A DNA stretch of 64,000 bases, from NCBI GenBank assembly GCA_963737265.1, contig CAVTRY010000011.1, positions 416,001-480,000 on the forward strand. The letters run 5' to 3'. A program made the position numbers and the translations under genes. The notes beneath the pieces are model-generated. The model saw only the letters and a program-made list of their open reading frames with translations. It ran no database searches and had not been told where the DNA came from. The DNA is from an uncultured delta proteobacterium (GTDB taxonomy: Bacteria; Myxococcota_A; Polyangia; Fen-1088). Of the stretch, positions 18,278 through 29,689 are shown piece by piece. Numbering within the stretch: position 1 is the first letter of the stretch; each line of letters begins with the position of its first letter.

Positions 18278-19831
18278 ATGAGCAGAATAGCAGACGTATT
18301 TATTCCTCTCGATGCACGCGACGAGCCCGTAGAGCGCTCGGTTTCTCGCGCGCTTGGAATTCCACTCGGCTCCATACGCGCGGTCCGCGTGCTTCGCCGA
18401 TCTCTCGATGCTCGTAAGGCGCAGACGATCGGCTATCGCCTGCGTGTGGAGGTGGTTCGCGACGGAGAAAGCGATCCGGTGGTGACGCCTGCTATCGCGC
18501 CCACGTGGCCAAAATCGCTTCCCTGTCCGCGCGTGGTGATCGTCGGTTCAGGCCCCGCAGGATCGTGGGCCGCGCTTCGTCTCGCCGAGGCTGGTGTTCC
18601 GTCGACGATTCTCGAACGTGGCAAGCCCGTGCAACCGCGGCGGCACGATCTCGCAGGCGTGCAGCGCGGGCGCCTCGATGTGGATTCGAATTATTGCTTC
18701 GGCGAAGGCGGTGCTGGCACGTACTCCGACGGGAAGCTTTACACACGCACCAAGGATCGCGGCACCGTGGACGGCGTGCTCGCAGATCTGGTCAGGTTCG
18801 GAGCACCGCCGGACATCACCGTCGAATCGCGACCGCACGTCGGATCCAATCGCCTACCCAAGGTGCTTTCCGAGCTGCGGACATTCTTGGAGAGCCGAGG
18901 TGTGACGTACAAGTTCTCATCGGCGTTTGCCGCGATTGTCGCACGCGAAGGACGCGTGCGTGGCGTGCGCACGCGCGACGGCGAGGAGGTTTCCGCGGAT
19001 ATTGTGGTCTTGGCTTGCGGTCACTCCGCGCGGGATGTGTACCGCTGGGCCGCTGCCGCCGGTGTGGCCATCGAGCGCAAAGGCAGTGCCGTGGGTGTCC
19101 GCCTGGAACATCCCCAGCCGGTCATCAATCGCATCCAGTACGGCAAGGCCGCGGCCGACGAAAGGTTGCCCCCGGCTTTTTATGAGGTGAGCGCGATGGG
19201 CGCGCATCGCGGGGTTTACAGCTTCTGCATGTGTCCGGGCGGATTCATCGTGCCGGCGGCCACTGAGTCGGACGGCGTGGTGGTGAACGGCATGAGCCTG
19301 TCCCGGCGCGACTCGCCCTTCGCCAATGCCGCCATCGTCGTCGCGTTGCAGGCCGAAGACTTTGGCGAGCCATCCCGTGGTGTGCTGGCTGGAATCGATT
19401 TCCAGCGGCGAATCGAGCAAGCTGCGTTCGTCGCGGGCGGTGGAGCCTTTCGCGCGCCAGCGCAGCGGTTGGTGGATTTTCTCGCGCGTCGGCCAAGCAC
19501 GTCCCTGCCGGCAACGAGCTATCACCCTGGCGTGATGGCCATGGCGCTGGATGAGGTGCTGCCTCCCTTCGTAACAGCGTCGCTACGTGATGGGCTGGCC
19601 GCCATCGCCGCGCGCCTGCGAGGTTTCCTGCACGAGGAGGCTGTGCTGGTGGCCGCCGAGACGCGAACCAGCGCCCCGGTGCGAATCGTTCGCGACCCGA
19701 CCACGCTGGAATCACCGTCGCTGGCGGGACTCTACCCAGCCGGCGAGGGCGCGGGCTACGCCGGCGGGATTGTCAGCGCGGCCATCGACGGCACCCGCAT
19801 TGCCCAAGCCATCCTGGCGCGCGGCCGGTAG
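18278..19831 (+). CDS. FAD-dependent oxidoreductase (uncharacterised dehydrogenase family)
   Basis: GSGPAG, FGEGGAGTYSDGKL, SFCMCPGG, GEGAGYAGGIVSAA. Confidence 0.9.
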   Translation: MSRIADVFIPLDARDEPVERSVSRALGIPLGSIRAVRVLRRSLDARKAQTIGYRLRVEVVRDGESDPVVTPAIAPTWPKSLPCPRVVIVGSGPAGSWAALRLAEAGVPSTILERGKPVQPRRHDLAGVQRGRLDVDSNYCFGEGGAGTYSDGKLYTRTKDRGTVDGVLADLVRFGAPPDITVESRPHVGSNRLPKVLSELRTFLESRGVTYKFSSAFAAIVAREGRVRGVRTRDGEEVSADIVVLACGHSARDVYRWAAAAGVAIERKGSAVGVRLEHPQPVINRIQYGKAAADERLPPAFYEVSAMGAHRGVYSFCMCPGGFIVPAATESDGVVVNGMSLSRRDSPFANAAIVVALQAEDFGEPSRGVLAGIDFQRRIEQAAFVAGGGAFRAPAQRLVDFLARRPSTSLPATSYHPGVMAMALDEVLPPFVTASLRDGLAAIAARLRGFLHEEAVLVAAETRTSAPVRIVRDPTTLESPSLAGLYPAGEGAGYAGGIVSAAIDGTRIAQAILARGR

Positions 19832-19843
19832 CGGAACACCTGG

Positions 19844-20311
19844 TCAGGGGCGAAACGGATCGTCCTTCTCATCGGGCGAGAGTGGGGCCGGGCCGTCGTC
19901 GTCCTCGGCCGATCCTTGGTCGTCGTCGCCCAGGGCTTCCATTTCCGCTCCGGCGGGCAGAATCGAACCGTCGAGATAGCGCAGGAACATGTCGAGGAAG
20001 GAAGACTGCTTGGTCGAAAGACCGTCGAACATGGCGCCGACTTGAAAGGATTTGGCAATCGCCGTGCACCAAACCACGCGGGCTTGCAACGGCAAGGGTT
20101 CGGACGCGGAGCCGGGTCCGAGCAAGAGGATGAGGTCGATGAGGAGCTTTTCGCCCGATGCCAGGGGATCCGTCGTGATGACACAGATCCCTGAGCGCGA
20201 GAGATCGCGGGTGCGCGCAACCAATTTTCGCCCGTCCGCCGCGCAGACGTTGGCTTCAACATCGACGTGAACTCGGGGATAGCGACGAAGCTCTCTGGTT
20301 GATGCGGTCAT
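19844..20311 (-). CDS. PilZ domain protein
   Basis: RRYPR and DLSRSG motifs; acidic tail. Confidence 0.88.
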   Translation of the reverse strand: MTASTRELRRYPRVHVDVEANVCAADGRKLVARTRDLSRSGICVITTDPLASGEKLLIDLILLLGPGSASEPLPLQARVVWCTAIAKSFQVGAMFDGLSTKQSSFLDMFLRYLDGSILPAGAEMEALGDDDQGSAEDDDGPAPLSPDEKDDPFRP

Positions 20312-22182
20312 CGGACGCCCGTGGATTTGCCAGCTGTGCAGGTCGAGAAAGCGCCGGACGACATGGCGTCAAGCTCGGCCTCGATTTCGCCAACGCGAAG
20401 CTGACGGTGCAGTTGACCGTCTCGATCGGTCTTTCGATCGCTCACCATGTCAACCATCGTCCGGCGACGCTCGAAGTAAAGCCGGTTCATTGTCGTCTCG
20501 ATATCACGTCTTAGTTCCGCCATGTGCAACGCCTGCGTTTGTGCCGCGAGCTCTTCGGACGAGAAGACCAGTCTGGCCAGATCCCAGGTGGCTCGCGCCT
20601 CGTATCGTATGTCATTTACGGTATCGATCCCAACTGGAGAAGCCAGTGCCGTCGACGAACTATTCAAATCGAGCGACTCGCTGCGGCCGTAGCGCCGAGC
20701 CACGAGCACGCGCAGCTCTGGTAGCCAGGCAGCGCGGCCCGCGCGCACGACGTAGGAAAGGGCGCGTTCAGGCTCGGCCATGGCGAGCTCCACCGCCTTC
20801 CGTCTGGCGTCTGTGAGGCAGGCACGGTCGCTATCGCGCAGATCCACCGTTGGCTCAGCCGGTCGCGGCGCCGTGGGTGGAGATTCTGGGACGCCATCGT
20901 CGAGCACGGTCGTCGCGGAAATCGGGATTGTCAGTTGCGGTTTCACGTCGAGGGGAAAGCTGGCAAACGCCAAGGCCTGCCACTGATGTCCGTCGGGCGC
21001 GAAAGCAGCTTGTCCCTGCACCGCCACCTTCGGCATCCAAGATGTCCACAGACTAGGCTTGCGCTCGGCACGACTTCGGGGGGTGTGCGTGCTTCGCACG
21101 GGCGTCGTGTGCGTGCGTGTCTCGCCGTCGCTGGACGAGTAAAGACCATCGCTGGTCGCGAGCCAGACGTGGTGAGCACTGACGGCCACGTCCAGCGGGA
21201 TGGTCCCAGCTGGCAGCGCGATCGATTCCCAGTGGCGGCCCTCATCGGCCGAGGCAAACATCCCTTGGCCCAAGGATATCCAAGGCGCGCGGGCAGCGGC
21301 CGGGCATACGAGCTTTCGCGCCCGGTGAGAGTTGGCGCGCATTTCCGCATGGCCATCCGGCGACAGCACCAAGAGTCCCTCGGCCATCATCACGACCAGG
21401 GTTTCACCGCAATAGACCACGTCGATTGCGGTGGCGCTGTCGAGCGAATGCGCTTCGCCGTTTGCGTCGACCCAGCCGACGCTCGCGGAGGTTGTCCATG
21501 CCACGCGCTGGCCGCTCAACGAGATCGCAATATCTTTAGCGACAGACGACAGCTCGGTGGACCGCCGTGTGCCGTTCACGGTGGAGAGCAAGTCGAGGGT
21601 GTTCCCGTGATCGACGAGAAGCCACTGCGCGGCTGCCGCCAGGGCGGAACCCCAGGCCTCACGACCGAAGGCACGCAGCAGTCGACCGTCGGAGTCGAAG
21701 CGAAATGCCCCACGGTTGCCGGAGATCCAGATGTCGGTCGCGGTGGCGGCGAGCATCAGCGACGAATTGGGCGCAGCTTCCGCCCGCACTGGTTGCGACC
21801 GCTTCAACCGGCGCTGCGCCAGCGTACTTTCGCCATCGAGAATCTCTTCGGCATAATCGGTGCCGCGATCGGCTTCGGGCACGTCGAGAAAATCCAGAAT
21901 CTGCTCGGCTTCACGCTTGGTTGCGCCCGTGGCTGGAGCCCTGTCGACATCCTTGTCGACATCGGGCCTTGCCAAACGATGCAACGGGTGTCCATCTTCG
22001 CGCAGGATCCACGCTTCGCCGTGGCGAAGCACGGAAACATAGGCGTCGGAGGCGACGACCCGTTCTGTGGACCCTGAAAGAACCGGGACCCAACCTGCGT
22101 GCGCGGTACCTGGCAACGCAGCGGTCGTAATGAATGTGGTGAGATGGGCGGCGATGAGGACGACGACGTTCGATGGACGCAT
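20308..22182 (-). CDS. Secreted hypothetical protein, beta-propeller-like N-terminus and helical C-terminal domain
   Basis: Signal peptide ending AHA; Asp-box-like SADEGRHW; C-terminal WLPEL...LYFERRR; overlaps the PilZ start by 4 nt. Confidence 0.7.
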   Translation of the reverse strand: MRPSNVVVLIAAHLTTFITTAALPGTAHAGWVPVLSGSTERVVASDAYVSVLRHGEAWILREDGHPLHRLARPDVDKDVDRAPATGATKREAEQILDFLDVPEADRGTDYAEEILDGESTLAQRRLKRSQPVRAEAAPNSSLMLAATATDIWISGNRGAFRFDSDGRLLRAFGREAWGSALAAAAQWLLVDHGNTLDLLSTVNGTRRSTELSSVAKDIAISLSGQRVAWTTSASVGWVDANGEAHSLDSATAIDVVYCGETLVVMMAEGLLVLSPDGHAEMRANSHRARKLVCPAAARAPWISLGQGMFASADEGRHWESIALPAGTIPLDVAVSAHHVWLATSDGLYSSSDGETRTHTTPVRSTHTPRSRAERKPSLWTSWMPKVAVQGQAAFAPDGHQWQALAFASFPLDVKPQLTIPISATTVLDDGVPESPPTAPRPAEPTVDLRDSDRACLTDARRKAVELAMAEPERALSYVVRAGRAAWLPELRVLVARRYGRSESLDLNSSSTALASPVGIDTVNDIRYEARATWDLARLVFSSEELAAQTQALHMAELRRDIETTMNRLYFERRRTMVDMVSDRKTDRDGQLHRQLRVGEIEAELDAMSSGAFSTCTAGKSTGVR

Positions 22183-22194
22183 GCTTTCGCCTAA

Positions 22195-22210
22195 AGCAAC
22201 CGGCGTGCCG
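22195..22210 (-). promoter_or_regulatory. Putative sigma54 (-24/-12) promoter
   Basis: CGGCACG-CCGG-TTGCT with correct GG-N10-GC spacing, just upstream of ATG 22182. Confidence 0.6.
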
Positions 22211-22332
22211 TGCCTTCGCGATGAAGCAGTCGGCCTCGCACTACAGAAAGGCTCGCCAGGCCGGACGCATTCCAGCCGGGCGCCGTCCGGTGTTCGGTCA
22301 GCGCACGATGGCCGACCGGCGTGGGCGCTTCG

Positions 22333-23928
22333 TCATGTCGCTGCGATCCGCGTGTCTTGCTCGAAACCCTTGGACAGCAGCGGGACAAACGGATGCGCGC
22401 TCAAAACCAGGGCCGCCACCGTGGCGGACATCTCCCAGCGGAAGATCTCGGCGGCGAGGTCGTACTTGTCGCGCACACCGATTTGGATGAACGGGTGCCC
22501 GGCGAGGTGCAATGCCTCCTGCTGTTCGGTCGAAATGGCCGGTGGGTCATTCGCTGCCTGCAACTGGACGAAGACCCGGTCGGGTGGATAGCGATCGAGG
22601 AGCGGTTCGCCCGCCGCGGAAATGATGCCCCTCCCGTGGTCGCGCGTCGAAGCCGACAGCAGTTGCGAGATCCATGGCCCAAGCGAGAGCAAGGACGGCG
22701 AGGCAAGGATGGTCACCTTGTTTCGCCCGTGCTTGGCCATGGCACCCAGCAGAACCCCGAGGCTCGTGCCGGGATTACTCTCTAGCTGGTCGCCTCGACA
22801 GACCTCGGCCATCGCTCTGGCGCGCGCCAAGAGTCGAGCGAGATCGAGTCCGAGCAGCGCCGCCGGCACGAGTCCCGCAAATCCAAGGGCGCCGAAGCAT
22901 TCGCCGAGGTCGGCGGGATCGAGAAATGTGGCGCGATAGCGGTGGGCTCGGGCAATCTGTTCCAGACTGTTTCCAGGGGTCGTGATGGCCACGAAATGCT
23001 GACCGGCACGTTGGGCGTCGCCGTCGCACCGGTCGAGGAACTTCTGCCAAAGCTGACTTTCCGAAACCTCGACGGCGCCGCTCGTGTCCGAGGTTGAAAC
23101 CGTGAGCACCAAGGCGCTGTCAAGGTGAAGGGAATGTGCCAGGTCGTTGACAGTCGCAGGCGGGCTTCCGTCGAGAAAGTGCAGGCGAATGGCGCCCGCG
23201 CCCCAGACGCGATTCACCGTCGCGACCGCCGACTTGCGCTCGGTTCCGGCGAGAACAACCGCATCCTTGAAGCCTGCGATCCGCACTTCGTCGACGAACT
23301 TGGCGATATCAGGCAGCCTGGCTTCCATCTCGTCCGGCAGAGACAGCCACGCGGAAGAGCGTGCAGCGCCGACGGAAAGAACCGTGGGCTCCCTTTTCCA
23401 GATGCTTCCCGGAATCCCGCGCGCCACTAGATCCAGCCGTTCGCTCTCGGTAACGAATGCCACGGCCGAGGCGGTCTCGATGGCGGCGACCTTGGCAATG
23501 CGGCGGGCGTGGCGGCCTCCCGCGAATCCGGTCGCCAGCCAGGTATCGACGATGGCGAACGCTTCCTTTTCCGAAAGCAGGCGACCGCCCAGGCAGAGCA
23601 GGTTGGCATCGTTGTCGAAGCGCGAGAGGCGAGCCGCCTCGACCGTCGCTGGCACCACGGCGCGGATGCCGCGGACCTTGCCGGCGGCGATGGCCATGCC
23701 CTGTCCGGTGGCACACACCAGAATTCCCAGCGAGCCTGGATCGCCGCGTACCGCATTCGCCACGGCGCTGGCGATCTCGGGGTAGTCGCACGCCGCCTCC
23801 GAGTCGGTTCCAAGATCCACGATCTGTCGTCCTTGGGCGCGCAGGCGCGCGACCAAGTTGTTGCGTAGACTAAAGCCCGCATGATCGCAACCGACGTAGA
23901 CTCTCACGTAGACTCTCACGACGTCCAT
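22333..23928 (-). CDS. RpiB/LacAB sugar-phosphate isomerase fused to a degenerate PGI-like (SIS) domain
   Basis: GCDHAG, DYP, GILVCATGQG, FAGGRHARRI; then FVAITTPG, GLVPAALLG, NPGTSLG, EIFRWE. Confidence 0.85.
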   Translation of the reverse strand: MDVVRVYVRVYVGCDHAGFSLRNNLVARLRAQGRQIVDLGTDSEAACDYPEIASAVANAVRGDPGSLGILVCATGQGMAIAAGKVRGIRAVVPATVEAARLSRFDNDANLLCLGGRLLSEKEAFAIVDTWLATGFAGGRHARRIAKVAAIETASAVAFVTESERLDLVARGIPGSIWKREPTVLSVGAARSSAWLSLPDEMEARLPDIAKFVDEVRIAGFKDAVVLAGTERKSAVATVNRVWGAGAIRLHFLDGSPPATVNDLAHSLHLDSALVLTVSTSDTSGAVEVSESQLWQKFLDRCDGDAQRAGQHFVAITTPGNSLEQIARAHRYRATFLDPADLGECFGALGFAGLVPAALLGLDLARLLARARAMAEVCRGDQLESNPGTSLGVLLGAMAKHGRNKVTILASPSLLSLGPWISQLLSASTRDHGRGIISAAGEPLLDRYPPDRVFVQLQAANDPPAISTEQQEALHLAGHPFIQIGVRDKYDLAAEIFRWEMSATVAALVLSAHPFVPLLSKGFEQDTRIAAT

Positions 23929-23948
23929 GGCGCCCTCCCGGTGTCAGC

Positions 23949-24716
23949 ATGAAGATAGCAACCTGGAACGTCAATTCCATTCGCAAGCGGCTCGATCGCG
24001 TTATTCCGTGGCTCGCTGAGCATGGTCCGGATGTGCTGTGCCTGCAGGAAACCAAGGTCGACGACGATACATTCCCGCGCGCTGAAATCGAGGCCGCCGG
24101 CTACCACGTGCTCTGTCACGGCCAGAAGGCCTACAACGGGGTGGCGCTGCTGACGCGAGAACCAGCGCGCGATCCGGTGCGAGGATTCGGCGATGAGGTG
24201 CAAGATTCGCAGGCGCGGTTTCTCTTGGCGACGGTCGGCGACATGAGGGTGGGTACGTTGTATGTGCCAAACGGGCAGGAGGTTGGGTCGGAAAAGTTTC
24301 GTTACAAGTTGGACTGGCTGAAAAGGTGGCAACGATGGCTGCTGGCTCATGGCGATGCGGGCGCGCCGCTGGCGCTCTGCGGTGACATCAACATCGCCCC
24401 CGACGATCGAGATGTGTACGATCCGGTGGCGTGGAAGGATCACGTTCTTTGCCACCCCGACGAACGTGCCGCTCTGTCCGAGGTCTGCCGGTGGGGACTT
24501 GCCGACGTGTTTCGCCAGCACCACGCTGAAGCCGGACTTTACTCGTGGTGGGACTTTCGCCAGCTTTGCTTCCCCAAGAATATGGGGCTGCGCATCGACC
24601 TCATTCTGTGCTCGGCACCGCTGGCCGCTCGCTGTACGTCGGCCATCATCGACCGCAACGCCCGCAAGGGCGCGGCCCCGTCCGATCACGCACCTGTCAT
24701 TGCAGAGTTCAAGTAA
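23949..24716 (+). CDS. xth: Exodeoxyribonuclease III
   Basis: TWNVNS, LQETK, YNGVA, YVPNG, GDINIAP, RIDLIL, SDHAPV. Confidence 0.95.
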   Translation: MKIATWNVNSIRKRLDRVIPWLAEHGPDVLCLQETKVDDDTFPRAEIEAAGYHVLCHGQKAYNGVALLTREPARDPVRGFGDEVQDSQARFLLATVGDMRVGTLYVPNGQEVGSEKFRYKLDWLKRWQRWLLAHGDAGAPLALCGDINIAPDDRDVYDPVAWKDHVLCHPDERAALSEVCRWGLADVFRQHHAEAGLYSWWDFRQLCFPKNMGLRIDLILCSAPLAARCTSAIIDRNARKGAAPSDHAPVIAEFK

Positions 24717-24732
24717 AACTTGAAGTCGTATG

Positions 24733-25902
24733 CTAGAACCAGCGGCGAAAGCCGTACGCCAACCGTTCCAGCAGGCGAACCAGCAGCGACCGTCGCCGGA
24801 AGACGTCCCAGCGCACCTCTTCGCTGGCGGCCATGTCCGCCTCCAGCATGGCCGCGACTTTGGCGTTCAAGGTCCGGTCCAAGGCATTGACGACCAATTC
24901 CAGGTTGTAGACCAGGGAGCGGTGGTCGACGTTGTAGCTGCCCACCGAGACGAAGTCCTCATCCACCAGCAGGGCCTTGGTGTGCACCACAGGGCGATGT
25001 TGGAAGATGCGCACACCGGCCCGCAGGAGGCGGCCGTAGGTGAATCGGGACGCCAAGTCCACGGTGTGCGTGTCGCTCTGCCGGGGCACCAGGACGCGAA
25101 CGTCGACACCTCGACTGCGCGCGTACACCAGGCTGCGCACAAAACCGGGATCGGGAACGAAGTACGGGCTGGCGAGAAAAATGCGCTCGACACTGGCCCG
25201 GATCGCGTGTAGGGCGGCCCTGCGGATGGCGAAACGGTCGACAACCTCCCGGTTCGCGATGACTGAAACCGGCACATCGCCGACAGGTGCGGATGTGACG
25301 AGGTGCTTGGCCCCCAAGCCCAGGCGGCGCTTGGTGCGCCAGTTCCACGTGCGCAAGAAGACAGCCTCGATGGTCGCGACCGCCGGGCCGCGAATCTCCA
25401 CCGCGGCGTCGTGCCAACCACCACCGCCTTCGCCCGCGGGAGACCAGTTGTCGGAAATGTTGATACCGCCAGCGAACGCCAGGTTGCCGTCACAAACCAG
25501 CGTCTTGCGATGGTTTCGCCGGATGAGTGTCCAGAAGTGAGGCCGCCAGAAGCGGTAGGGATGGTACGGGATCGCCCAGACTCCCGCCTTGCGCATTCCC
25601 TCGAAGAAGGCGGGCGCGGCGTGGCGGCAGCCCACCGAATCGTAGAGCAGTCGCACCGTCACACCACGGCGAGCGGCGCGTGACAGGGCGTCCGCGAAGC
25701 GCCGGCCGATGCGGTCGTCGTTGAAAATGTACATTTCCATCGCGATTCTCTCGCGAGCGACCTCGATGGCGGCGAGCCAGGCGGGATAGGCCTCGGCGCC
25801 GTTGCGAAGAAGGCGCAGCGAGTTTCCACAGAGTAGGGACTCTGGTTCCTCGACGTAGCGAAGGGCTTGCGCGGGCAGGCCGCTGGGAGTCGGACGGGGC
25901 AA
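24733..25902 (-). CDS. clsB: Cardiolipin synthase B-like phospholipase D
   Basis: Two HKD motifs (HRKTLVCD, HTKALLVD), SPYFVP, no N-terminal TM. Confidence 0.85.
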   Translation of the reverse strand: MPRPTPSGLPAQALRYVEEPESLLCGNSLRLLRNGAEAYPAWLAAIEVARERIAMEMYIFNDDRIGRRFADALSRAARRGVTVRLLYDSVGCRHAAPAFFEGMRKAGVWAIPYHPYRFWRPHFWTLIRRNHRKTLVCDGNLAFAGGINISDNWSPAGEGGGGWHDAAVEIRGPAVATIEAVFLRTWNWRTKRRLGLGAKHLVTSAPVGDVPVSVIANREVVDRFAIRRAALHAIRASVERIFLASPYFVPDPGFVRSLVYARSRGVDVRVLVPRQSDTHTVDLASRFTYGRLLRAGVRIFQHRPVVHTKALLVDEDFVSVGSYNVDHRSLVYNLELVVNALDRTLNAKVAAMLEADMAASEEVRWDVFRRRSLLVRLLERLAYGFRRWF

Positions 25903-25946
25903 AGCGAAAGAAGTGTATCAGCACCCCAAAAGAGTCAATTCTCGAT

Positions 25947-25975
25947 TTGACCGGCGCTGAACGACCGAGTAGCCT
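25947..25975 (+). promoter_or_regulatory. sigma70-like promoter of infA
   Basis: TTGACC-17 bp-TAGCCT, 12 nt before the ATG. Confidence 0.55.
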
Positions 25976-25987
25976 CTGACTCCCCGA

Positions 25988-26203
25988 ATGGGACGAGAAG
26001 AACACATAGAATTTCAAGGTCGCGTGATTGAAGTCTTGCCCGCCGGTAACTTCAGGATCGAGCTCGAAAACGGACACCAGGTGCTGGCGCATCTTGGGGG
26101 CAAGCTACGTAAGCACCGCATCCGCATTGTTCTCGGGGACAAAGTGACGGTCGCGCTGACGCCTTACGATCCGACGCGCGGTATCGTGGTCTACCGAGGA
26201 TAG
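25988..26203 (+). CDS. infA: Translation initiation factor IF-1
   Basis: 71 aa; [31 protein letters not shown]. Confidence 0.97.
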   Translation: MGREEHIEFQGRVIEVLPAGNFRIELENGHQVLAHLGGKLRKHRIRIVLGDKVTVALTPYDPTRGIVVYRG

Positions 26204-26295
26204 TCAGGGGCGCCAGCCGGCAGCGGGTCGCCGGTTGGTCGCTGGTCAGTCGATAGGCTATTGATCTGCGCGGGGATTTCCCCGCAAATAGGGTC

Positions 26296-27636
<1,341 letters not shown>

Positions 27637-27641
27637 CTAGT

Positions 27642-28955
27642 TTAGTTCCTCTGAAAAAGTGCCGGGTGCGCCATGAAAAATGGAACGGCCTCGGCCATCA
27701 GGTCGAGATCCGGATCAAGCTGTCGGCCGATGCCTTCGGTGACCGCGATGGCGATGTTGACGATGGTGAAGGCGGGCGCCATGCGGACGCGGTGGCGACG
27801 GAGAATTCCCAGCATGTCGAGCAGGAGTTTTCCGGGATGAACCTCGGCCATGCGATGTCCCCAGGTGCGCGCCATGAACTCGACGATGGCGACGCGGAAT
27901 CGCTCGAATGGCTCCGCTCCCGCGATGGGATTCTCGGCCAGGGAATAGAGCAGGTGGGCCATGGTATCGGCGTCGCGCTGGGTCCACGCGGCGAAGAAAC
28001 GCGAGAAGGTCGCGCGATGAGGCGGATCGAGCTCGCCCACGAGCCCAAGATCGACGATGGCGATGCGGTTGTTATCGAGGACGAAGATATTCCCGGGATG
28101 TAAGTCGGCATGAACGAAGCCATCTTCGAAGATCATCTTCATCAAGGCGCGCAGGCCCAGGCGCGCGATTACCCTGGGATCGCTGTGGGTTCGCCGCATG
28201 TCGAGGATCTTCGCGCCCTCGATGTGGGTCATGCATAGGATGCGTTCGGAGGAAAATGTCTCGAAAACCTCGGGAAAAACCACGTCGGGTTCGTTGCGAA
28301 AGTTTTCGCGAAAGCGCCGATTGTTGCGCGCCTCGACGCGGAAATCGAGTTGGGCGTAGATGGCGCGCCCGAACTGTTCGACCGAGGATTCCGGCGCCAC
28401 CGACTCAAGCCAGGGCAGCTTGCCTATGAGGTGGGCCACGAAGCGCATGACCGCCAGGTCGAAGGTGCATATCTGCACCACGTCCGGCCGACGGACTTTG
28501 ACGGCGACCATGCGTCCGTCCGGCAAGCGCGCCTTGTGAACCTGGGCGACCGAGGCCGAGGCGATGGGGCGCGGCGAGAATTCGGCGAAGATCTTGTCGA
28601 TCGGACGGCCGAGATCCTCTTCGATGGTCCGCGCGACGGCATCGTAGGGAAAAGGTCCGACGTCGTCCTGCAGGTGGGCCAGGGCCGACGTGATGTGCTC
28701 CGGGACCAGATCCGGGCGCGTGCTCATGATCTGTCCGACCTTGATGAAGGTCGCGCCGAGATGGCGGAATAGGTCGAGCAAACACTGGGCAAACCAGGCC
28801 TGCCGCCGCGCTTTGCCGGCGAATACCAGCAACAGGACCAGCCATCCCAACCCCCAACGCAGACCTTGCCCGATGAAAAGCGCGCCGATGGCCAACGCCC
28901 GCTGCAACAGGCCCCGAGTGCTCAAACTGGCTCCGTCCATCGCTTGGGCTATCAT
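27642..28955 (-). CDS. ABC1/UbiB (AarF) family kinase
   Basis: FIKVGQ, ASASVAQVH, VAVKV, HADLHPGN, DLG; start may be 28940. Confidence 0.92.
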   Translation of the reverse strand: MIAQAMDGASLSTRGLLQRALAIGALFIGQGLRWGLGWLVLLLVFAGKARRQAWFAQCLLDLFRHLGATFIKVGQIMSTRPDLVPEHITSALAHLQDDVGPFPYDAVARTIEEDLGRPIDKIFAEFSPRPIASASVAQVHKARLPDGRMVAVKVRRPDVVQICTFDLAVMRFVAHLIGKLPWLESVAPESSVEQFGRAIYAQLDFRVEARNNRRFRENFRNEPDVVFPEVFETFSSERILCMTHIEGAKILDMRRTHSDPRVIARLGLRALMKMIFEDGFVHADLHPGNIFVLDNNRIAIVDLGLVGELDPPHRATFSRFFAAWTQRDADTMAHLLYSLAENPIAGAEPFERFRVAIVEFMARTWGHRMAEVHPGKLLLDMLGILRRHRVRMAPAFTIVNIAIAVTEGIGRQLDPDLDLMAEAVPFFMAHPALFQRN

Positions 28956-28972
28956 TGTTCCACTACGCCAAA

Positions 28973-29680
28973 ATGTCGTCCACTGAACAGCCATCACCTT
29001 ACGCGATTCTCGAAGAGAAACTTGGGTATACCTTTCGCCAGGCCTCCCTGTGCGAAGCCGCGCTTACCCACAGATCCTGGATGAACGAAACCCAGGAAAC
29101 CGCGCGCACGGACAACGAGCGCCTGGAATTCCTGGGCGATGCGGTGCTGGCGCTGGCGACCAGCGATCTCCTGATGAAGCGGCTCCCCGACCAACCCGAG
29201 GGCGAGTTGTCCAAGGCGCGCGCGGCCATCGTGAACGAAGCCGGACTGGCGCGTGTCGCCGACCTGCTGGTGTTGGGGCAATGGATTTTTCTCGGGCGTG
29301 GCGAGGCGCAGGCGGGCGGCCGGCAAAAGCGTTCGCTGCTGGCGAATGCCTTCGAGGCGTTGCTCGGCGCCATCTATCTCGACGGCGGTTTCACGGCGGC
29401 CTTCCAGGTTGTCGAACGTCTGTTCGCGCCCATCATCGCTGACGTGCCCTCGGCCACCAGCAAGGACTACAAGTCGCGTCTGCAGGAACTGGCTCAGGCC
29501 AAGCTTCAGATGGCGCCGACCTACGCCGTTCTTTCCGAGCAGGGCCCCGACCACGCCAAGACCTTCGAGGTCGCGATTCTGATCGGCGACAGGGAATACG
29601 GCCGCGCCTTCGGTCGCTCCAAGAAGGAAGCCCAGCAGAACGCCGCCGAGCTCGCGCTTGCCGTGGTGGAAGGGCAGTAG
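28973..29680 (+). CDS. rnc: Ribonuclease III
   Basis: NERLEFLGDAVL signature; C-terminal dsRBD (GPDH, SKKEAQQNAA). Confidence 0.97.
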   Translation: MSSTEQPSPYAILEEKLGYTFRQASLCEAALTHRSWMNETQETARTDNERLEFLGDAVLALATSDLLMKRLPDQPEGELSKARAAIVNEAGLARVADLLVLGQWIFLGRGEAQAGGRQKRSLLANAFEALLGAIYLDGGFTAAFQVVERLFAPIIADVPSATSKDYKSRLQELAQAKLQMAPTYAVLSEQGPDHAKTFEVAILIGDREYGRAFGRSKKEAQQNAAELALAVVEGQ

Positions 29681-29689
29681 TCGGCTCCG

